A DNA stretch of 56,618 nucleotides from Pseudonocardiales bacterium (GCA_025966155.1 JAOPVO010000303.1:1-56618), one strand, 5' to 3'; positions 38,851 to 50,171 are shown, counted from the stretch's first letter. Notes: generated by a model not told the origin, from the sequence alone. Program-made: numbers and translations.

Positions 38851-40215
38851 CTAGCCGAGTCGGCGGTTGGCCGCGGCCAGACCGGCCAGCACCGAGGGCC
38901 GCCGCGGCGACGCGGGCGCGAGCGCATCGACCGCGGCCTCCCAGGCCTCGATGTCATCGGCGCCGTGCGGCGCCGCGCACCAGCGCAGCAGCGTGTCGGC
39001 ATCGGCGCTGGCCAGTGCCGACGCGCGCAGCAGCCAGTGCAGCTCGTCCCGCAGCTCCACGACCCCGGGCGCCTGGGACGCGGGCAGGATCGGCCCGGCG
39101 TACTGACCGAGCGCGGTGGCGGAGTCGCCGGCATCGACCATGCGCCGCAGCCGGGCCGCGTCGATGTCCATCGCAGTGGTCAGGCGGTAGGGGCGGGAGG
39201 ACAGCGCGTCCGGCCCCAGCACCGAGCGCAGCCGCGACATCTCGACCCGGACGGTGACGGCGTCGAGATCCCGCTCATCCAGTCGCATTGCCAGGTCGTC
39301 GGCCGACATCCCGTCCGGCCGTGCGGCGAGCAGCAGCAGGATCTCGGCGTGGCGGAGGGTCAGGCGCGTCGCCGTCGTGCCCCTGAGGATCGTCGGCCGG
39401 GCGGCGCCGAGCACGCGCAGCTGGGTCGCGGCCGTCGATGCGGTCGATGCGGTCGATGCGGTCGATGCGGTCGATGCGGCCGGGCGGGCGGCGCGACGCG
39501 CCCGCGGGGACGGCGCCGTCTGCTGGCGGACAAGCAGCTGCGCCTCGGCGGCGGCCACGGTCGCATTCACCAGCGCGAGGATCTGCGGCGCGGCGACGTG
39601 GTCCCCGCCGGTGATATCGATGGCGCCGAGAACGACGCCGGTTATCGGGTCGTGGACGGGGGCGGCCGAGCAGCTCCACATCTGCACCTCGCGGTGGAAG
39701 TGCTCGCTGGCGAACACCTGCACCGCATGGTCGTGGCGGATGGCCAGGGCCGGTGCATTGGTGCCCGCGTCGAGCTCGCCCCAGCGGGCGCCCTCCAGGA
39801 AATGCATATCGGCGGCGCGATCGCGCAGGTGCGTCTCGCCCTCGACCCACAGCAGGCGCCCGTCGGCATCGGCGACGGCGACCAGCAGCCCGGCGTCGGC
39901 GGCATTCTCGACCAGCAGCCGGCGCACCACCGGCATGATCGCCGCCAACGGCGAGGCGGCCCGCGCCTGCAGCAGCTCATCGGCGTCCCAGGCCATCGGC
40001 GGCAGCACGCCGTCGGGGTCGACCCCGCCCGCCCGGGAGCGGCGCCAGGAGTCCAGGACCACCGAGCGGACGTCCAGACGGCGGCTGCGCCCGGCGCCCG
40101 GCCGGGCGTCGCCGGACACGAAGCGCTCATGGGCGAGGGCGGCGGTGCGCGCGACGGAGCGCGGGTCATCGCCCTGGCGCCAGGCCAGCCAGGGATTGAT
40201 CAGCGATGAGGCCAC
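38851..40215 (-). CDS. GAF-domain transcriptional regulator with OmpR/SARP-like winged helix and helical C-terminal domain
   Basis: The N-terminal ~230 aa are GAF-like ([17 protein letters not shown]...GTNAPALAI...[22 protein letters not shown]). After an (STA)5 linker come [14 protein letters not shown]...[24 protein letters not shown]...[13 protein letters not shown] (wHTH) and a BTAD-like helical tail. No AAA+ motifs. Confidence 0.75.
   Translation of the reverse strand: MASSLINPWLAWRQGDDPRSVARTAALAHERFVSGDARPGAGRSRRLDVRSVVLDSWRRSRAGGVDPDGVLPPMAWDADELLQARAASPLAAIMPVVRRLLVENAADAGLLVAVADADGRLLWVEGETHLRDRAADMHFLEGARWGELDAGTNAPALAIRHDHAVQVFASEHFHREVQMWSCSAAPVHDPITGVVLGAIDITGGDHVAAPQILALVNATVAAAEAQLLVRQQTAPSPRARRAARPAASTASTASTASTASTAATQLRVLGAARPTILRGTTATRLTLRHAEILLLLAARPDGMSADDLAMRLDERDLDAVTVRVEMSRLRSVLGPDALSSRPYRLTTAMDIDAARLRRMVDAGDSATALGQYAGPILPASQAPGVVELRDELHWLLRASALASADADTLLRWCAAPHGADDIEAWEAAVDALAPASPRRPSVLAGLAAANRRLG
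39434..39478. repeat. perfect 9-bp x5 tandem repeat (GTCGATGCG) inside the regulator gene
   Basis: Read directly. It encodes [15 protein letters not shown] in the inter-domain linker on the minus strand. Confidence 0.95.
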
Positions 40216-40278
40216 GTCGACTCCTCGGGGGTGGAAAGGACGGTACGCGGCACAGGTGAGTCCCGGTACGGTGTGCGG

Positions 40279-41208
40279 ATGCGCGGGACCGAGCCGTCAA
40301 GGCCCTTCGGACGACTTCTCACAGCCATGGTCACGCCGTTCGGCGTCGCGGGGGAGGTCGACCTCGCCGCCGCCGCCGATCTCGCCCGTTATCTCGTGGA
40401 CGAGCAAGGCAACGACGGGCTGGTCATCAATGGCACGACCGGGGAGGCGCCCACCACCACCGATGCCGAGAAGGCCGATCTGGTGCGGGTCGTGGCCGAG
40501 GCGGTCGGGGATCGCGCCGTGGTCGTCGCCGGCGTCGGGACCTTCGACACCGTGCACTCGATCCACTTGGCGCAGCAGGCCGAGAAGGCCGGCGCGGATG
40601 GCCTCCTGGTCGTGACGCCCTATTACTCCAAGCCCCCGCAGGCCGGGATTGCCGCGCACTTCGCCTCGATCGCCGATGCCGCGGACCTGCCGGTGATGCT
40701 GTACGACATCCCGCATCGCACCGGCACCGCCATCGCCGCGGCCACCTTCGCCAGGGCCGCCGAGAACCCGCGCATCGTCGCGGTCAAGGACGCCAAGCTC
40801 GACCTCGAGTTCTCCTCGGCCGTCATGGCCGAGACCGGGCTGGCCTTCTACTGCGGCACCGACGCGATGACCCTTCCGCTGCTGTCCGTGGGCGGCATCG
40901 GTGTCGTGGGCACCTCGACGCACGTCAGCGGCGTCGGCGCCAAGGCCATGATCGAGGCCTACGAGCGCGGCGATGTGGCCGAGGCGCTGCGCCTGCACCG
41001 CCAGCTGCTGCCGATCTTCACGGGCATCTTCAAGGCCCAGGGCGTTGTCCTGGTCAAGGCCGCGCTGACACTGCTCGGGCGCCCGGCCGGCTCGGTCCGG
41101 CCGCCTCTGCTGGACGCCGACGACCACGAGATCTCCCACCTGCGCCAGGACCTGCACGCCGCCGGTCTGCTCACGCCGGAGCAGGCTGCGCTCATCACCG
41201 CGCACTAG
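40279..41208 (+). CDS. dapA: 4-hydroxy-tetrahydrodipicolinate synthase
   Basis: [17 protein letters not shown], catalytic Lys in VAVKDA. ATG 40279 (GTG 40231 is an alternative). Confidence 0.95.
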   Translation: MRGTEPSRPFGRLLTAMVTPFGVAGEVDLAAAADLARYLVDEQGNDGLVINGTTGEAPTTTDAEKADLVRVVAEAVGDRAVVVAGVGTFDTVHSIHLAQQAEKAGADGLLVVTPYYSKPPQAGIAAHFASIADAADLPVMLYDIPHRTGTAIAAATFARAAENPRIVAVKDAKLDLEFSSAVMAETGLAFYCGTDAMTLPLLSVGGIGVVGTSTHVSGVGAKAMIEAYERGDVAEALRLHRQLLPIFTGIFKAQGVVLVKAALTLLGRPAGSVRPPLLDADDHEISHLRQDLHAAGLLTPEQAALITAH

Positions 41209-41267
41209 GAGCCGGCTCGCCCGCGCGGCGCCAACGTCAACGTCAGATCGAGGGTTACGGTTGGCGC

Positions 41268-43955
41268 GTGGCCGCCGCGACAAGCACCCGTACCCGCCGT
41301 CCGTCCAGCGCGCCTGCTGCCCGACGGGGCTCGGGCCCCGCCCGCGGCCCGGCCAAGGGCAGTCGCCCGCCGGCTCGCCGCGGACCCGGTCCGCTTGCTG
41401 TCTTCGTGCGCGCGCTGCGCGGGATCTGGCGCGCGCTCGCGGTCATGGCGGGGTCCGCTGCGCGAGCCATCGGCGGCCAGGCGGCCACCGCCCGCGACCT
41501 GCCGCCCGAGCATCGTCGCGACGCCGCCGGCTTCACGGTCGTGGCTGCGGCCGCGATCGCCGCCGTCGCCATCTGGTTCGATGCTGCGGGCCCCATCGGC
41601 CGGGCGCTGGCCGCCCTAGTGCGCCTGGGCGTCGGCAACGGGGCTTTGGCCGTGCCGGTCCTGCTGGCCGTCGGCGGCGTGCACATGCTGCGCCAGGTAC
41701 CCAAGCCCGATCAGCGCGGCCGGATCGTCGTCGGCGGCGGCGCGCTGGCCATCAGCATCCTGGGCCTGCTGCACCTCTGGGCGGCCTCGCCGAGCAGCGG
41801 CCACGACCGGTCCTACGCCGGGGGCATCGCCGGTTTCGCCATCGCCTCGCCGCTGGAGAACGGCCTCTCGGCCGCGCTTGCGGTCCCGCTGCTGTTCCTG
41901 ATCGGCGTCTTCGGCAGCCTGGTCGTCACCGCCACCCCGCTGCGTCAGCTGCCCGAGCAGGTGCGCGAGCTGCTCGGCGCGCTGTCGCTGCGCGGCCTGC
42001 TGCATGACGCCGACGCCGACGCGTTGGACGAGGACGCGCCGCTGCCGGCCGCCGGCTCGCTGAACGACCCCGCCACCGGCAAGAGCCCCGGCACGACGCG
42101 GAAGCTCGCCCGGGGCGTGCGGCGCTTCGACCGCGAGGTGGCGCCGGACCCGTACCTCGAGGACCCCTTCCCGGTTGCGGCCGAGGACCTGGAGGCGACG
42201 TCGGTGCTGCCGACGGCGGCCGACCTCGACCTGGCTGAGCCGCCGGCGGACGCCGAGCCCGTCCCAGCTGCGCGCCGGCCCCGCCCTACCGCGAAGCGGA
42301 TCCTCGTCGAGGAGGACCTGCCGACGATCACCCGCCCGACCCAGCTCGAGCTGCACAACGGCGGCGGGCTGTACACGCTCCCGCCGACGTCGCTGCTGAA
42401 GGACGGGGACCCGCACGCCGAGCACACCAAGGCCAACGACGAGGTCATCGCGTCGCTCACCCAGGTGTTCAGCGAGTTCTCCGTAGACTGCACGGTCAGC
42501 GGCTTCACCCGCGGGCCGACGGTCACCCGGTACGAGGTCACCCTGGGCCCGGGGGTCAAGGTCGAGCGCATCACCCAGCTGGCCCGCAATATCGCCTACG
42601 CGGTGAAGAGCCCGGATGTGCGGATCATCAGCCCCATCCCCGGCAAGAGCGCGGTCGGCGTCGAGATCCCCAACACCGACCCCGAGATCGTCATGCTCGG
42701 CGATGTCCTGCGCTCCGGTGCGGCGCAGCGCGACCACCACCCGCTGCTGGCGGCGCTGGGCAAGGACGTCGAAGGCGGATTCGTCCTGGCCAACCTGGCC
42801 AAGATGCCCCACCTCCTGGTCGCCGGCGCCACCGGCGCGGGCAAGTCCAGCTGCATCAACTCCCTGATCCTGTCGATCCTGCTGCGGGCCACGCCCGAGG
42901 AGGTCCGCATGGTGCTCATCGACCCCAAGCGGGTCGAGTTCGGCGCGTACCAGGGCATCCCGCACCTGGTGACGCCGGTGATCACCAACCCGAAGAAGGC
43001 CGCCGACGCCCTCGCCTGGGTCGTGCGCGAGATGGACCTGCGGTACGAGGACATGGAGCACTCCGGCGTCCGCCACATCGACGACTTCAACCGCAAGGTC
43101 CGCGCCGGCGAGCTCATCGCGCCGCCCGGCAGCGAGCGGGTCTACCAGACCTATCCCTACCTGCTGGTCATCATCGACGAGCTGGCCGACCTGATGATGG
43201 TCGCCCCGCGCGATGTCGAGGACGCGGTCGTGCGCATCACTCAGCTGGCCCGGGCGGCCGGCATCCACCTGGTCATCGCCACCCAGCGCCCGTCGGTCGA
43301 TGTCGTCACCGGCCTGATCAAGGCCAATGTGCCGTCGCGGCTGGGGTTCAAGACCTCGTCGGTCACCGACTCCCGCGTCATCCTCGACCAGCCCGGCGCG
43401 GAGAAGCTGCTGGGCAAGGGCGACGGGCTGTTCCTGCCGATGGGGGCGTCCAAGCCGGCCCGCATCCAGGGCGCGTACGTCACCGACTCCGAGATCAAGG
43501 CGATCGTCGACCACTGCAAGACCCAGCTCCAGCCGATGTACCGCGAGGACGTCACTGCCCCCGTCGCGGCGAAGAAGGACATCGACGCCGACATCGGCGA
43601 CGACCTCGAGCTGCTGGTCGCTGCCGTCGAGCTGGTCGTGTCGACGCAGTTCGGATCGACCTCGATGCTCCAGCGGAAGCTCCGGGTCGGCTTCGCCAAG
43701 GCCGGGCGGCTGATGGACCTCATGGAGAGCCGCGACATCGTCGGCCCGTCCGAGGGCTCGAAGGCCCGCGATGTGCTCGTGGCCCCCGATGAGATGGACG
43801 GGATCGTGTTCGCGCTCAAGACCGGCGGCGCGCTCCCGGGAGCAGCGGTCGAGGACGCACCGCGCCAGGACGTTCTGGACGACGTCGAGCCCGACACCGA
43901 ATGGGACGGCGTGCCCGACGAGCTCGAGGGCTACCCGGGCGACGCCCGCGGCTGA
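41268..43955 (+). CDS. ftsK: DNA translocase FtsK
   Basis: N-terminal TM domain, Pro/Ala linker, motor domain with Walker [11 protein letters not shown] and Walker [13 protein letters not shown]-terminal gamma (wHTH) domain [21 protein letters not shown]. Confidence 0.95.
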   Translation: MAAATSTRTRRPSSAPAARRGSGPARGPAKGSRPPARRGPGPLAVFVRALRGIWRALAVMAGSAARAIGGQAATARDLPPEHRRDAAGFTVVAAAAIAAVAIWFDAAGPIGRALAALVRLGVGNGALAVPVLLAVGGVHMLRQVPKPDQRGRIVVGGGALAISILGLLHLWAASPSSGHDRSYAGGIAGFAIASPLENGLSAALAVPLLFLIGVFGSLVVTATPLRQLPEQVRELLGALSLRGLLHDADADALDEDAPLPAAGSLNDPATGKSPGTTRKLARGVRRFDREVAPDPYLEDPFPVAAEDLEATSVLPTAADLDLAEPPADAEPVPAARRPRPTAKRILVEEDLPTITRPTQLELHNGGGLYTLPPTSLLKDGDPHAEHTKANDEVIASLTQVFSEFSVDCTVSGFTRGPTVTRYEVTLGPGVKVERITQLARNIAYAVKSPDVRIISPIPGKSAVGVEIPNTDPEIVMLGDVLRSGAAQRDHHPLLAALGKDVEGGFVLANLAKMPHLLVAGATGAGKSSCINSLILSILLRATPEEVRMVLIDPKRVEFGAYQGIPHLVTPVITNPKKAADALAWVVREMDLRYEDMEHSGVRHIDDFNRKVRAGELIAPPGSERVYQTYPYLLVIIDELADLMMVAPRDVEDAVVRITQLARAAGIHLVIATQRPSVDVVTGLIKANVPSRLGFKTSSVTDSRVILDQPGAEKLLGKGDGLFLPMGASKPARIQGAYVTDSEIKAIVDHCKTQLQPMYREDVTAPVAAKKDIDADIGDDLELLVAAVELVVSTQFGSTSMLQRKLRVGFAKAGRLMDLMESRDIVGPSEGSKARDVLVAPDEMDGIVFALKTGGALPGAAVEDAPRQDVLDDVEPDTEWDGVPDELEGYPGDARG

Positions 43956-43998
43956 GCGACCAGAGATAGTGACCTGGGTCCTCCGGCGATCGGGCGGC

Positions 43999-44499
43999 CT
44001 ACAGCGTCAGGAGCATCCGGCTGTTGCCCAGGGTGTTCGGCTTGACGTATTCGAGGTCGAGGAACTCAGCCACACCGGCGTCATACGAGCGCAGCAACTG
44101 CGCGTAGACGTCAGGCGCGACCGGCGTCCCCTCGATCTCGACGAAGCCGTGGCGCCCGAAGAAGCCGGTCTCGAAGGTCAGGGCGAATAGCCGGGAGAGG
44201 CCCAGCTCCCGGGCGCCGCCGATCAGGCTGGTCATCAGCACATCGCCCAGCCGGCGCCCCCGGGCGTCGGGATGGACCGCTACCGTCCGGATCTCCGCGA
44301 GGTCCTCCCAGAGCACGTGCAGGGCCCCGCAGCCGACGACGATCCCCTCGGATTCGATCACCCAGAACTCCTGGACGGTCTCGTAGAGGGTCACCATGTC
44401 CTTGGCCAGCAGCAGCCGGCGGCCGGTGTAGAGGTCGACGAGGGCCTTGATGCCCGCCACATCGGCGGTGCGGGCCCGCCGCGCCACAGCCTCCGTCAC
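43999..44499 (-). CDS. GNAT amino-acid N-acetyltransferase (short N-acetylglutamate synthase type)
   Basis: 166 aa, with ...VHPDARGRRLGDVLM... Its position next to ftsK matches M. tuberculosis Rv2747 (short ArgA). Confidence 0.75.
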   Translation of the reverse strand: MTEAVARRARTADVAGIKALVDLYTGRRLLLAKDMVTLYETVQEFWVIESEGIVVGCGALHVLWEDLAEIRTVAVHPDARGRRLGDVLMTSLIGGARELGLSRLFALTFETGFFGRHGFVEIEGTPVAPDVYAQLLRSYDAGVAEFLDLEYVKPNTLGNSRMLLTL

Positions 44500-44556
44500 G
44501 AGGCAGCAGCCTAGACAACCGGCGGGCGAGCCCCGGCGCGACGGTAGGCTTCAGCA

Positions 44557-45975
44557 GTGACGTCCGCCCCAGCTCGCCGCGTAGCCCTCATCACCCTCGG
44601 GTGCGCGCGCAATGAGGTGGACTCCGAGGAGCTCGCCGGCCGCCTCGGCGCTGGTGGCTGGTCGGTGTCCAGCGAGGACGACGCCGACATCCTCCTGGTC
44701 AACACCTGCGGGTTCGTCGACGCCGCCAAGCAGGACTCGATCGACACGATCCTGGCCGCCAGCGACACCGGCAAGAAGGTCGTCGCCGTAGGGTGCCTGG
44801 CCGAGCGCTACGGCGGCCAGCTGGCCGATTCGCTGCCCGAGGCCGCCGCCGTGCTCGGCTTCGATCAGTACGAATCCATCGGCGCGCGCCTCGACGATGT
44901 GCTCGCCGGGCGATCCATCGCCCCGCACGCACCGCGCGACCGCCGCACCCTGCTGCCTATCAGCCCGGTCCATCGCCCGGCTGCCGTCGCGTCGGTATCG
45001 GTGCCAGGGCACGCCTGGCTGCCGACCGCCGACGGCGCGCCCGCGGCCCGCAAGCGCCTCGACGACGCAACCACCGCCTACCTGAAGCTGGCCTCGGGCT
45101 GCGACCGGCGCTGCACCTTCTGCGCGATCCCGTCCTTCCGCGGCGCGTTCGTGTCCCGCACGCCCGATGAGGTGCTGGCCGAGGCGCAGTGGCTGGCCTC
45201 CACCGGTGTCCGCGAGCTCGTGCTGGTCAGCGAGAACTCCACGTCGTACGGCAAGGACCTCGGCGACCTGCGCGCGCTCGAGACGCTGCTGCCGCGCCTC
45301 GCCTCGATCCCCGGCGTCGACCGCATCCGCGTGTCGTACCTCCAGCCGGCCGAGCTCCGCCCGTCGCTGCTGGAGACCATAGCCAGCACCGTGGGCGTCG
45401 CCGCCTATTTCGACCTGTCGTTCCAGCACTCCAGCGAGGCCGTCCTGCGCCGGATGAAGCGGTTCGGGTCCACCGAGGGCTTCCTGGACCTGCTGGGCCG
45501 CGCCCGGGCGATCGCGCCGGCGCTCGGGGCGCGCTCCAACGTCATCGTCGGGTTCCCGGGCGAGACCGAGGATGACGTCGTCGAGCTCGAGGACTTCCTG
45601 TCCCGCGCGCGCCTGGACTTCATCGGGGTCTTCGGCTATTCCGACGAGGACGGCACGGCCGCGGCCGGGTTCGAGGGCAAGCACGACGCCGACACCATCG
45701 CCGCCCGGGTCGAGCGCATCACCTCCCTGGCCGACGAGCTGATGAACCAGCGCGCCGAGGACCGCATCGGCGACGATGTCCTCGTGCACGTCGAGAGCGT
45801 CGACCCGGACACCGGCGAGGTCACCGGCCGGGCCGAGCACCAGGGCCCCGATGTGGACGGCATCACGACGCTGACGCTGGAGGCCGGCCAGCCGGCAGTG
45901 ACACGCGGGGATTTCATCGCGGCGACCGTGGTCGACGCTGTCGGAGTGGATCTCATCGCCCGCGTGCGTCCATGA
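44557..45975 (+). CDS. rimO: ribosomal protein S12 methylthiotransferase RimO
   Basis: MTTase N-domain ([16 protein letters not shown]), radical-SAM [12 protein letters not shown]-terminal TRAM domain. Confidence 0.9.
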   Translation: MTSAPARRVALITLGCARNEVDSEELAGRLGAGGWSVSSEDDADILLVNTCGFVDAAKQDSIDTILAASDTGKKVVAVGCLAERYGGQLADSLPEAAAVLGFDQYESIGARLDDVLAGRSIAPHAPRDRRTLLPISPVHRPAAVASVSVPGHAWLPTADGAPAARKRLDDATTAYLKLASGCDRRCTFCAIPSFRGAFVSRTPDEVLAEAQWLASTGVRELVLVSENSTSYGKDLGDLRALETLLPRLASIPGVDRIRVSYLQPAELRPSLLETIASTVGVAAYFDLSFQHSSEAVLRRMKRFGSTEGFLDLLGRARAIAPALGARSNVIVGFPGETEDDVVELEDFLSRARLDFIGVFGYSDEDGTAAAGFEGKHDADTIAARVERITSLADELMNQRAEDRIGDDVLVHVESVDPDTGEVTGRAEHQGPDVDGITTLTLEAGQPAVTRGDFIAATVVDAVGVDLIARVRP

Positions 45976-46658
45976 CGCAGCGGCCGGCGCCGCAGCGGCC
46001 GATGCCCGACCCAGGCGAGAAGCGGGTCGGGCCGCCCCGCACCGATCCGCTGGCCGACCCGATCGATCAGGCTCCCACGCTCAACATCGCCAACGCGCTG
46101 ACGATGCTGCGCCTGCTGCTGGTCCCGGTCTTCGCCGTCGTGCTGTTCCACGAGGACGGCAGCAACTCGGCCTGGCGGTTCTGGGCCTGGTTCGTGTTCG
46201 CCGTCGCGGCGATCACCGACAGCATCGACGGGGACCTGGCCCGCAAGCGCGGCCTGGTCACCGAATTCGGCAAGCTGATCGACCCCATCGCCGACAAGGC
46301 GCTGATCGGCACCGCGCTTGTGGGCCTGTCGATGCTCGATCTGCTGAACTGGTGGATCACCATCGTCATCCTCGTGCGCGAGGTCGGCGTCACCCTGCTG
46401 CGGTTCTGGGTGATCCGCCATGGCGTGATCCCCGCCAGTCGCGGCGGCAAGGTCAAGACACTGCTCCAGGCGATCGCGATCGGGCTGTATGTGCTGCCGC
46501 TGTCGGGCCTATGGCATTCGGTGGCCGCGGTCATCATGGCCGCCGCGGTGGTGCTCACGCTGATCACCGGGGCCGACTACGTGCACCGCGCGATCCGGCT
46601 CCGGCGCCTCGGCCGGGCCCGCCGGCGGGCCCGGGTGCAGACCCGGCCGACCGCATGA
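45972..46658 (+). CDS. pgsA: CDP-diacylglycerol--glycerol-3-phosphate 3-phosphatidyltransferase
   Basis: CDP-alcohol phosphotransferase motif [31 protein letters not shown] overlap with rimO. Confidence 0.9.
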   Translation: MTQRPAPQRPMPDPGEKRVGPPRTDPLADPIDQAPTLNIANALTMLRLLLVPVFAVVLFHEDGSNSAWRFWAWFVFAVAAITDSIDGDLARKRGLVTEFGKLIDPIADKALIGTALVGLSMLDLLNWWITIVILVREVGVTLLRFWVIRHGVIPASRGGKVKTLLQAIAIGLYVLPLSGLWHSVAAVIMAAAVVLTLITGADYVHRAIRLRRLGRARRRARVQTRPTA

Positions 46659-47155
46659 GCGAGTCGGCTGCGGTTGCGGGCCTGGTGGCGCAGGCGCACG
46701 CTGCGCTTCGGGCGTCGGGCAGCACCGTCGCCACCGCCGAGTCCCTGACCGGCGGCCTGATTGCCGCCGCCCTCACGTCCGCGGCGGGCAGCAGCGCGAC
46801 GTTCCGCGGCGGGCTCGTCGTCTATGCCACCGACCTGAAGGCATCCCTCGCGGGCGTCGACACCGACCTGCTCGCGGAGCGCGGCGCCGTGGACCCCGAT
46901 GTCGCCGCCGGACTGGCCGAGGGGGCGCGGGACCGGCTGGGGGCATCGTTCGGCCTGGGCATCACCGGTGTGGCCGGGCCCTCGCCGCAGGACGGCAAGG
47001 CAGTCGGGACGGTGTTCCTCGCCCTCGCCGGACCGGGCCGGACGGTGGTGCGCGAGCTGCGCCTGGATGGCGATCGGGCGGCTATCCGCGAGGCATCTGT
47101 GCAGGCGGCCCTGACGCTTCTGGTCGGGGAATCTTCTGCCCAGGCGCCCCGTTGA
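46655..47155 (+). CDS. CinA-like nicotinamide-nucleotide amidohydrolase (PncC domain only)
   Basis: ATG 46655 overlaps the pgsA stop (ATGA). ATAESLTGGLIAAALT and GVAGP motifs. Confidence 0.88.
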   Translation: MSESAAVAGLVAQAHAALRASGSTVATAESLTGGLIAAALTSAAGSSATFRGGLVVYATDLKASLAGVDTDLLAERGAVDPDVAAGLAEGARDRLGASFGLGITGVAGPSPQDGKAVGTVFLALAGPGRTVVRELRLDGDRAAIREASVQAALTLLVGESSAQAPR

Positions 47156-47251
47156 GCACATACGTCGCCGCTTCCGAGGCTTGTCCCAGGGGCGGCGTAA
47201 GTTTGAGGCTCGACTCCCGCTGGGGATTCGTTGCGCGGGAAAGGAGTCTTC

Positions 47252-47599
47252 GTGGCAGTTCTTCGCCAGACAATCGGTGAGACCCTTCGCAGTATCCGGC
47301 TGCGTCAGCGCCGCACGCTGCGCGAGGTCTCGACTGCGGGCCGGGTCAGCCTGGGCTACCTCTCCGAGATCGAGCGCGGTCAGAAGGAGCCCTCCTCGGA
47401 GCTGCTCGCCGCAATCTGCTCGGCGCTCGACGTGACGCTGTCTGAGCTGTTCCGCGAGGTCAGCGATTCGCTGCACCGCGCCGAGCTGCTGGCCGACCGC
47501 ACGCGGGTCGCCACAGCGTCGGCCTCGGGGCAGCTTCGCCCGGCCCTGCGCCGCCCCGCCGGGCCGCAGGTCCGTTCCGGGTCCACCGTCGCGGCCTGA
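47252..47599 (+). CDS. clgR: XRE-family HTH transcriptional regulator, ClgR-like
   Basis: GTG 47252 lies 5 nt after an AAGGAG SD (ORF opens at TTG 47231). [30 protein letters not shown]. Synteny pgsA-cinA-clgR-pspA as in mycobacteria. Confidence 0.85.
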   Translation: MAVLRQTIGETLRSIRLRQRRTLREVSTAGRVSLGYLSEIERGQKEPSSELLAAICSALDVTLSELFREVSDSLHRAELLADRTRVATASASGQLRPALRRPAGPQVRSGSTVAA

Positions 47600-47757
47600 C
47601 CGCACACTCTCGACAGCTTCTACCCGTCCTCGCTGGGCGCGCCTAACTCGATCCGCTTGCGCGCTTGGCTAGCGTCGGGCGCGTGACCGTGCCCTCCGCG
47701 CGAGTGGATCCGCTGGACTTCCTCTTCGCGCCGACCGTGTCCGCTGGCGGTGCGACT

Positions 47758-47787
47758 GCACCCGTCGGCACCGCACCCGTCGGCACC
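47758..47787. repeat. 15-bp x2 perfect tandem repeat (GCACCCGTCGGCACC)
   Basis: Read directly. It lies in the 305-nt region between clgR and the likely TetR start, or in an Ala/Pro-rich N-terminal extension if the TetR gene starts at 47665. Confidence 0.9.
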
Positions 47788-47904
47788 GCGCCGACAGCGA
47801 CTGCGCCTGCCGGTGCCGCAACTGCCAGCACGGCGCCAGATAGTGCGAGCCCGGCTCAGCCGCATCGCCCGGCGCTGCGCGGGACCTCGCGGGCGGGCAA
47901 CGCG

Positions 47905-48411
47905 ATGGCCCGCACCCGCGGCGCCGTCCTAGACGGGGCGCGTATCGCCATCGCCGCCTCCGGGACGTCGATCACGATGACGCAGGTGGCGGCGGCGTCG
48001 GGTATCGCCAAGGCCACCCTGTACAACCATTTCCGCAGCCGCGAGGCCGTGCTCGATGCCGTGCTCGCCGACGAGGTGCAGGCTCTGCTCGTCGGCCTGG
48101 AGGCGCTGCCGCTGGGCGACGCCCTGGCCGAGGCCGCGCTCCGGATCGGGCGGCACCCGCTCCTGCGGGCGCTGAGCGAATCCGAGCCCGCCACGGTCGC
48201 CGCCATCGCCCGCATCGATCTCTCGTCGCCGCACTGGCGCCGATGCGCCGACGAGCTTCGGGCCGCGCTGGAGCGCAGCCGTCGCGGTGGGGGCGAGCTG
48301 GTCCTGCGGTGGCTGTCCTCCTTCGTGTCGACGCCGTGCGAGGACAACTCCGCGACATCGGTCGCGTCCGGCGCCGCTGCGCTGGTGCGCGGCTTGCCCA
48401 TCGTCGCCTGA
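47905..48411 (+). CDS. TetR/AcrR family transcriptional regulator
   Basis: HTH TMTQVAAASGIAKATLYNHFRSREAV begins about 25 aa after ATG 47905, the typical spacing. The ORF is open from 47665, but that extension is low-complexity with weaker GC3 bias. Confidence 0.8.
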   Translation: MARTRGAVLDGARIAIAASGTSITMTQVAAASGIAKATLYNHFRSREAVLDAVLADEVQALLVGLEALPLGDALAEAALRIGRHPLLRALSESEPATVAAIARIDLSSPHWRRCADELRAALERSRRGGGELVLRWLSSFVSTPCEDNSATSVASGAAALVRGLPIVA

Positions 48412-48482
48412 GCCGGCTTATTTCGCTGCGGCGGGCGCGCGTGCAGACGCCGCTGACGTGGCACGATATCCGCAGCTCATCT

Positions 48483-48499
48483 GGACGCGCCGCGCGTCC
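48483..48499. promoter_or_regulatory. 17-bp perfect palindrome GGACGCGCCGCGCGTCC upstream of pspA
   Basis: Read directly. It contains CGC-N5-GCG and ends 20 nt before the pspA ATG, just before the GAGAGGG SD. Confidence 0.4.
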
Positions 48500-48519
48500 C
48501 GGCAACCGAGAGGGAATCG

Positions 48520-49305
48520 ATGGCCAAGCCGAATCCGATCATCAAAGCGTGGCGGTACATGACCGCGTGGAGCAACAACAAGATCGACGAGAAGGCCGAC
48601 CCGAAGATCCAGATCCAGCAGGCCATCCAGGAAGCGCAGAGCCAGCACGAGGCGCTGACCCGGCAGGCCGCCAATGTCATCGGCAACCAGCGCCAGCTGG
48701 AGATGAAGCTCGACCGTCAGCTCGGCCAGATCGAGGCCCTGCAGGCGCAGACCCGCCAGGCCCTGGTTCTCGCGGACAAGGCGCGCGCCGAGGGCAACGA
48801 GGTCAAGGCCGGGGAGTACGAAGCCACCGCGCAGACCCTGGCCAGCCAGCTGGTGAGCGCCGAGTCCTCGGTCGAGGACCTCAAGCAGCTGCACGACCAG
48901 TCGCTGCAGGCCGCGGGCCAGGCCCGCGAGGCCGTGCAGAACAACGCGATGATCCTGCAGCAGCGTCTGGCCGAGCGCACCAAGCTGCTCAGCCAGCTCG
49001 AGCAGGCCAAGATGCAGGAGCAGGTCTCCGCGTCGCTCAACCAGATGAGCGAGCTGGCGGCGCCGTCCAACACCCCCTCGCTGGAGGAGGTTCGGGACAA
49101 GATCGAGAAGCGCTACGCCACCGCGCTCGGCCAGGCCGACCTCGCGCAGAACTCGGTCGAGGGCCGCATGCTGGAGGTTCGCCGCGCGACCCTCGACATG
49201 GCCGGCTCCGCCCGCCTAGACGAGATCCGCGCATCGCTGGGCACGGGCACCGGCGGGACGGCCGCACCGGCCATCACGACCGAGAAGGCCGAGACCCAGC
49301 CGTAG
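48520..49305 (+). CDS. pspA: PspA/IM30 family protein (35-kDa-antigen-like)
   Basis: [40 protein letters not shown]..., long coiled-coil, 261 aa. Confidence 0.9.
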   Translation: MAKPNPIIKAWRYMTAWSNNKIDEKADPKIQIQQAIQEAQSQHEALTRQAANVIGNQRQLEMKLDRQLGQIEALQAQTRQALVLADKARAEGNEVKAGEYEATAQTLASQLVSAESSVEDLKQLHDQSLQAAGQAREAVQNNAMILQQRLAERTKLLSQLEQAKMQEQVSASLNQMSELAAPSNTPSLEEVRDKIEKRYATALGQADLAQNSVEGRMLEVRRATLDMAGSARLDEIRASLGTGTGGTAAPAITTEKAETQP

Positions 49306-49352
49306 GCTGATCTCTCCTTAGCCAGCTCATCCGGGCGGCTCGCCAGTGCTCC

Positions 49353-50171
49353 TCAGGGAGCCTGCGGGCCGCCCGGCTGGCATGTCGGGCACCAGAAGGT
49401 GATGCGCTCCTGGGCCCGGTCGCCCTGATAGGCCGTGACGATCGGCGTGCGGCAGCGCAGGCACGGCGCGCCCGATCGGCCGTAGACCCAGTGGTCCTGG
49501 CCCCGGGCCGTGCGCCCGGTTGTGCTCTGCTCGGGGTGGTCCCGATTGGCGCGCATCAGGCGATGGGCGGTGGCAAGCAGTCGCGGGACATCGGCGTCGC
49601 CGGTGGCCGTCCACGGGTTGGTGCGCTCGAGGAACAGCGTCTCGCCCTTGTAGAGGTTGCCGATGCCTGCGACCAGCCGCTGGTCCAGCAGTGCCTCGCC
49701 GATCGCGCGGGCGGGGTTCGCCTCGATCCGCCGGATCGCCTCCGCGACGCCGGCGCCGGCCCAGTCCTCGTGCAGGATGTCCGGCCCCAGGTGCCCGACG
49801 ACGCGGTGCTCGTCCGCGGTGGCCAGGACCGACAGATCGTGCAGGCGCATGCCGGTCGCCTGCCAATCGGCGTTGTCGATGATGGCGCGGATCTGATGGT
49901 CGGGCCCGCCACCGCGAGGGGCGCCCGGGCGGGACAGCCGCCAGCTGCCATCCATCCGGAAATGCGAGTGCAGGGTCACTGCGCCCGCGGCGGCGTCCTC
50001 GAACCGGATGAGCATGTGCTTGCCCACCGGGGCCACCCCGACCACCGTCGCGCCGGTCAGGTCTACCAGGGCCAGCGTCGGTGTGCGCAGCTCGAACCGG
50101 CTGACCGGCCGGCCGGCCAGCGCCTGGTTCATGCGCTTGGCCGCCAGCCAGACGGTATCGCCCTCAGGCAT
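49353..50171 (-). CDS. nei: Fpg/Nei family DNA glycosylase (endonuclease VIII-like)
   Basis: Start MPEGDTV (catalytic Pro2/Glu3) at ATG 50171. H2TH region. C-terminal zinc finger CLRC...CPTC. Confidence 0.9.
   Translation of the reverse strand: MPEGDTVWLAAKRMNQALAGRPVSRFELRTPTLALVDLTGATVVGVAPVGKHMLIRFEDAAAGAVTLHSHFRMDGSWRLSRPGAPRGGGPDHQIRAIIDNADWQATGMRLHDLSVLATADEHRVVGHLGPDILHEDWAGAGVAEAIRRIEANPARAIGEALLDQRLVAGIGNLYKGETLFLERTNPWTATGDADVPRLLATAHRLMRANRDHPEQSTTGRTARGQDHWVYGRSGAPCLRCRTPIVTAYQGDRAQERITFWCPTCQPGGPQAP

Noticed and set aside
39434-39478. Tandem repeats as a possible CRISPR array or minisatellite element
   Set aside because: The units are only 9 bp with no spacers, and they lie in frame inside a coding sequence. 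It is reported as a coding microsatellite instead.
47665-47904. 80-aa Ala/Pro/Thr-rich N-terminal extension of the TetR protein
   Set aside because: It is low complexity, contains a 15-bp tandem duplication, and has weaker third-position GC than neighbouring genes. ATG 47905 gives the canonical TetR N-terminus. The longer form cannot be excluded without proteomics.
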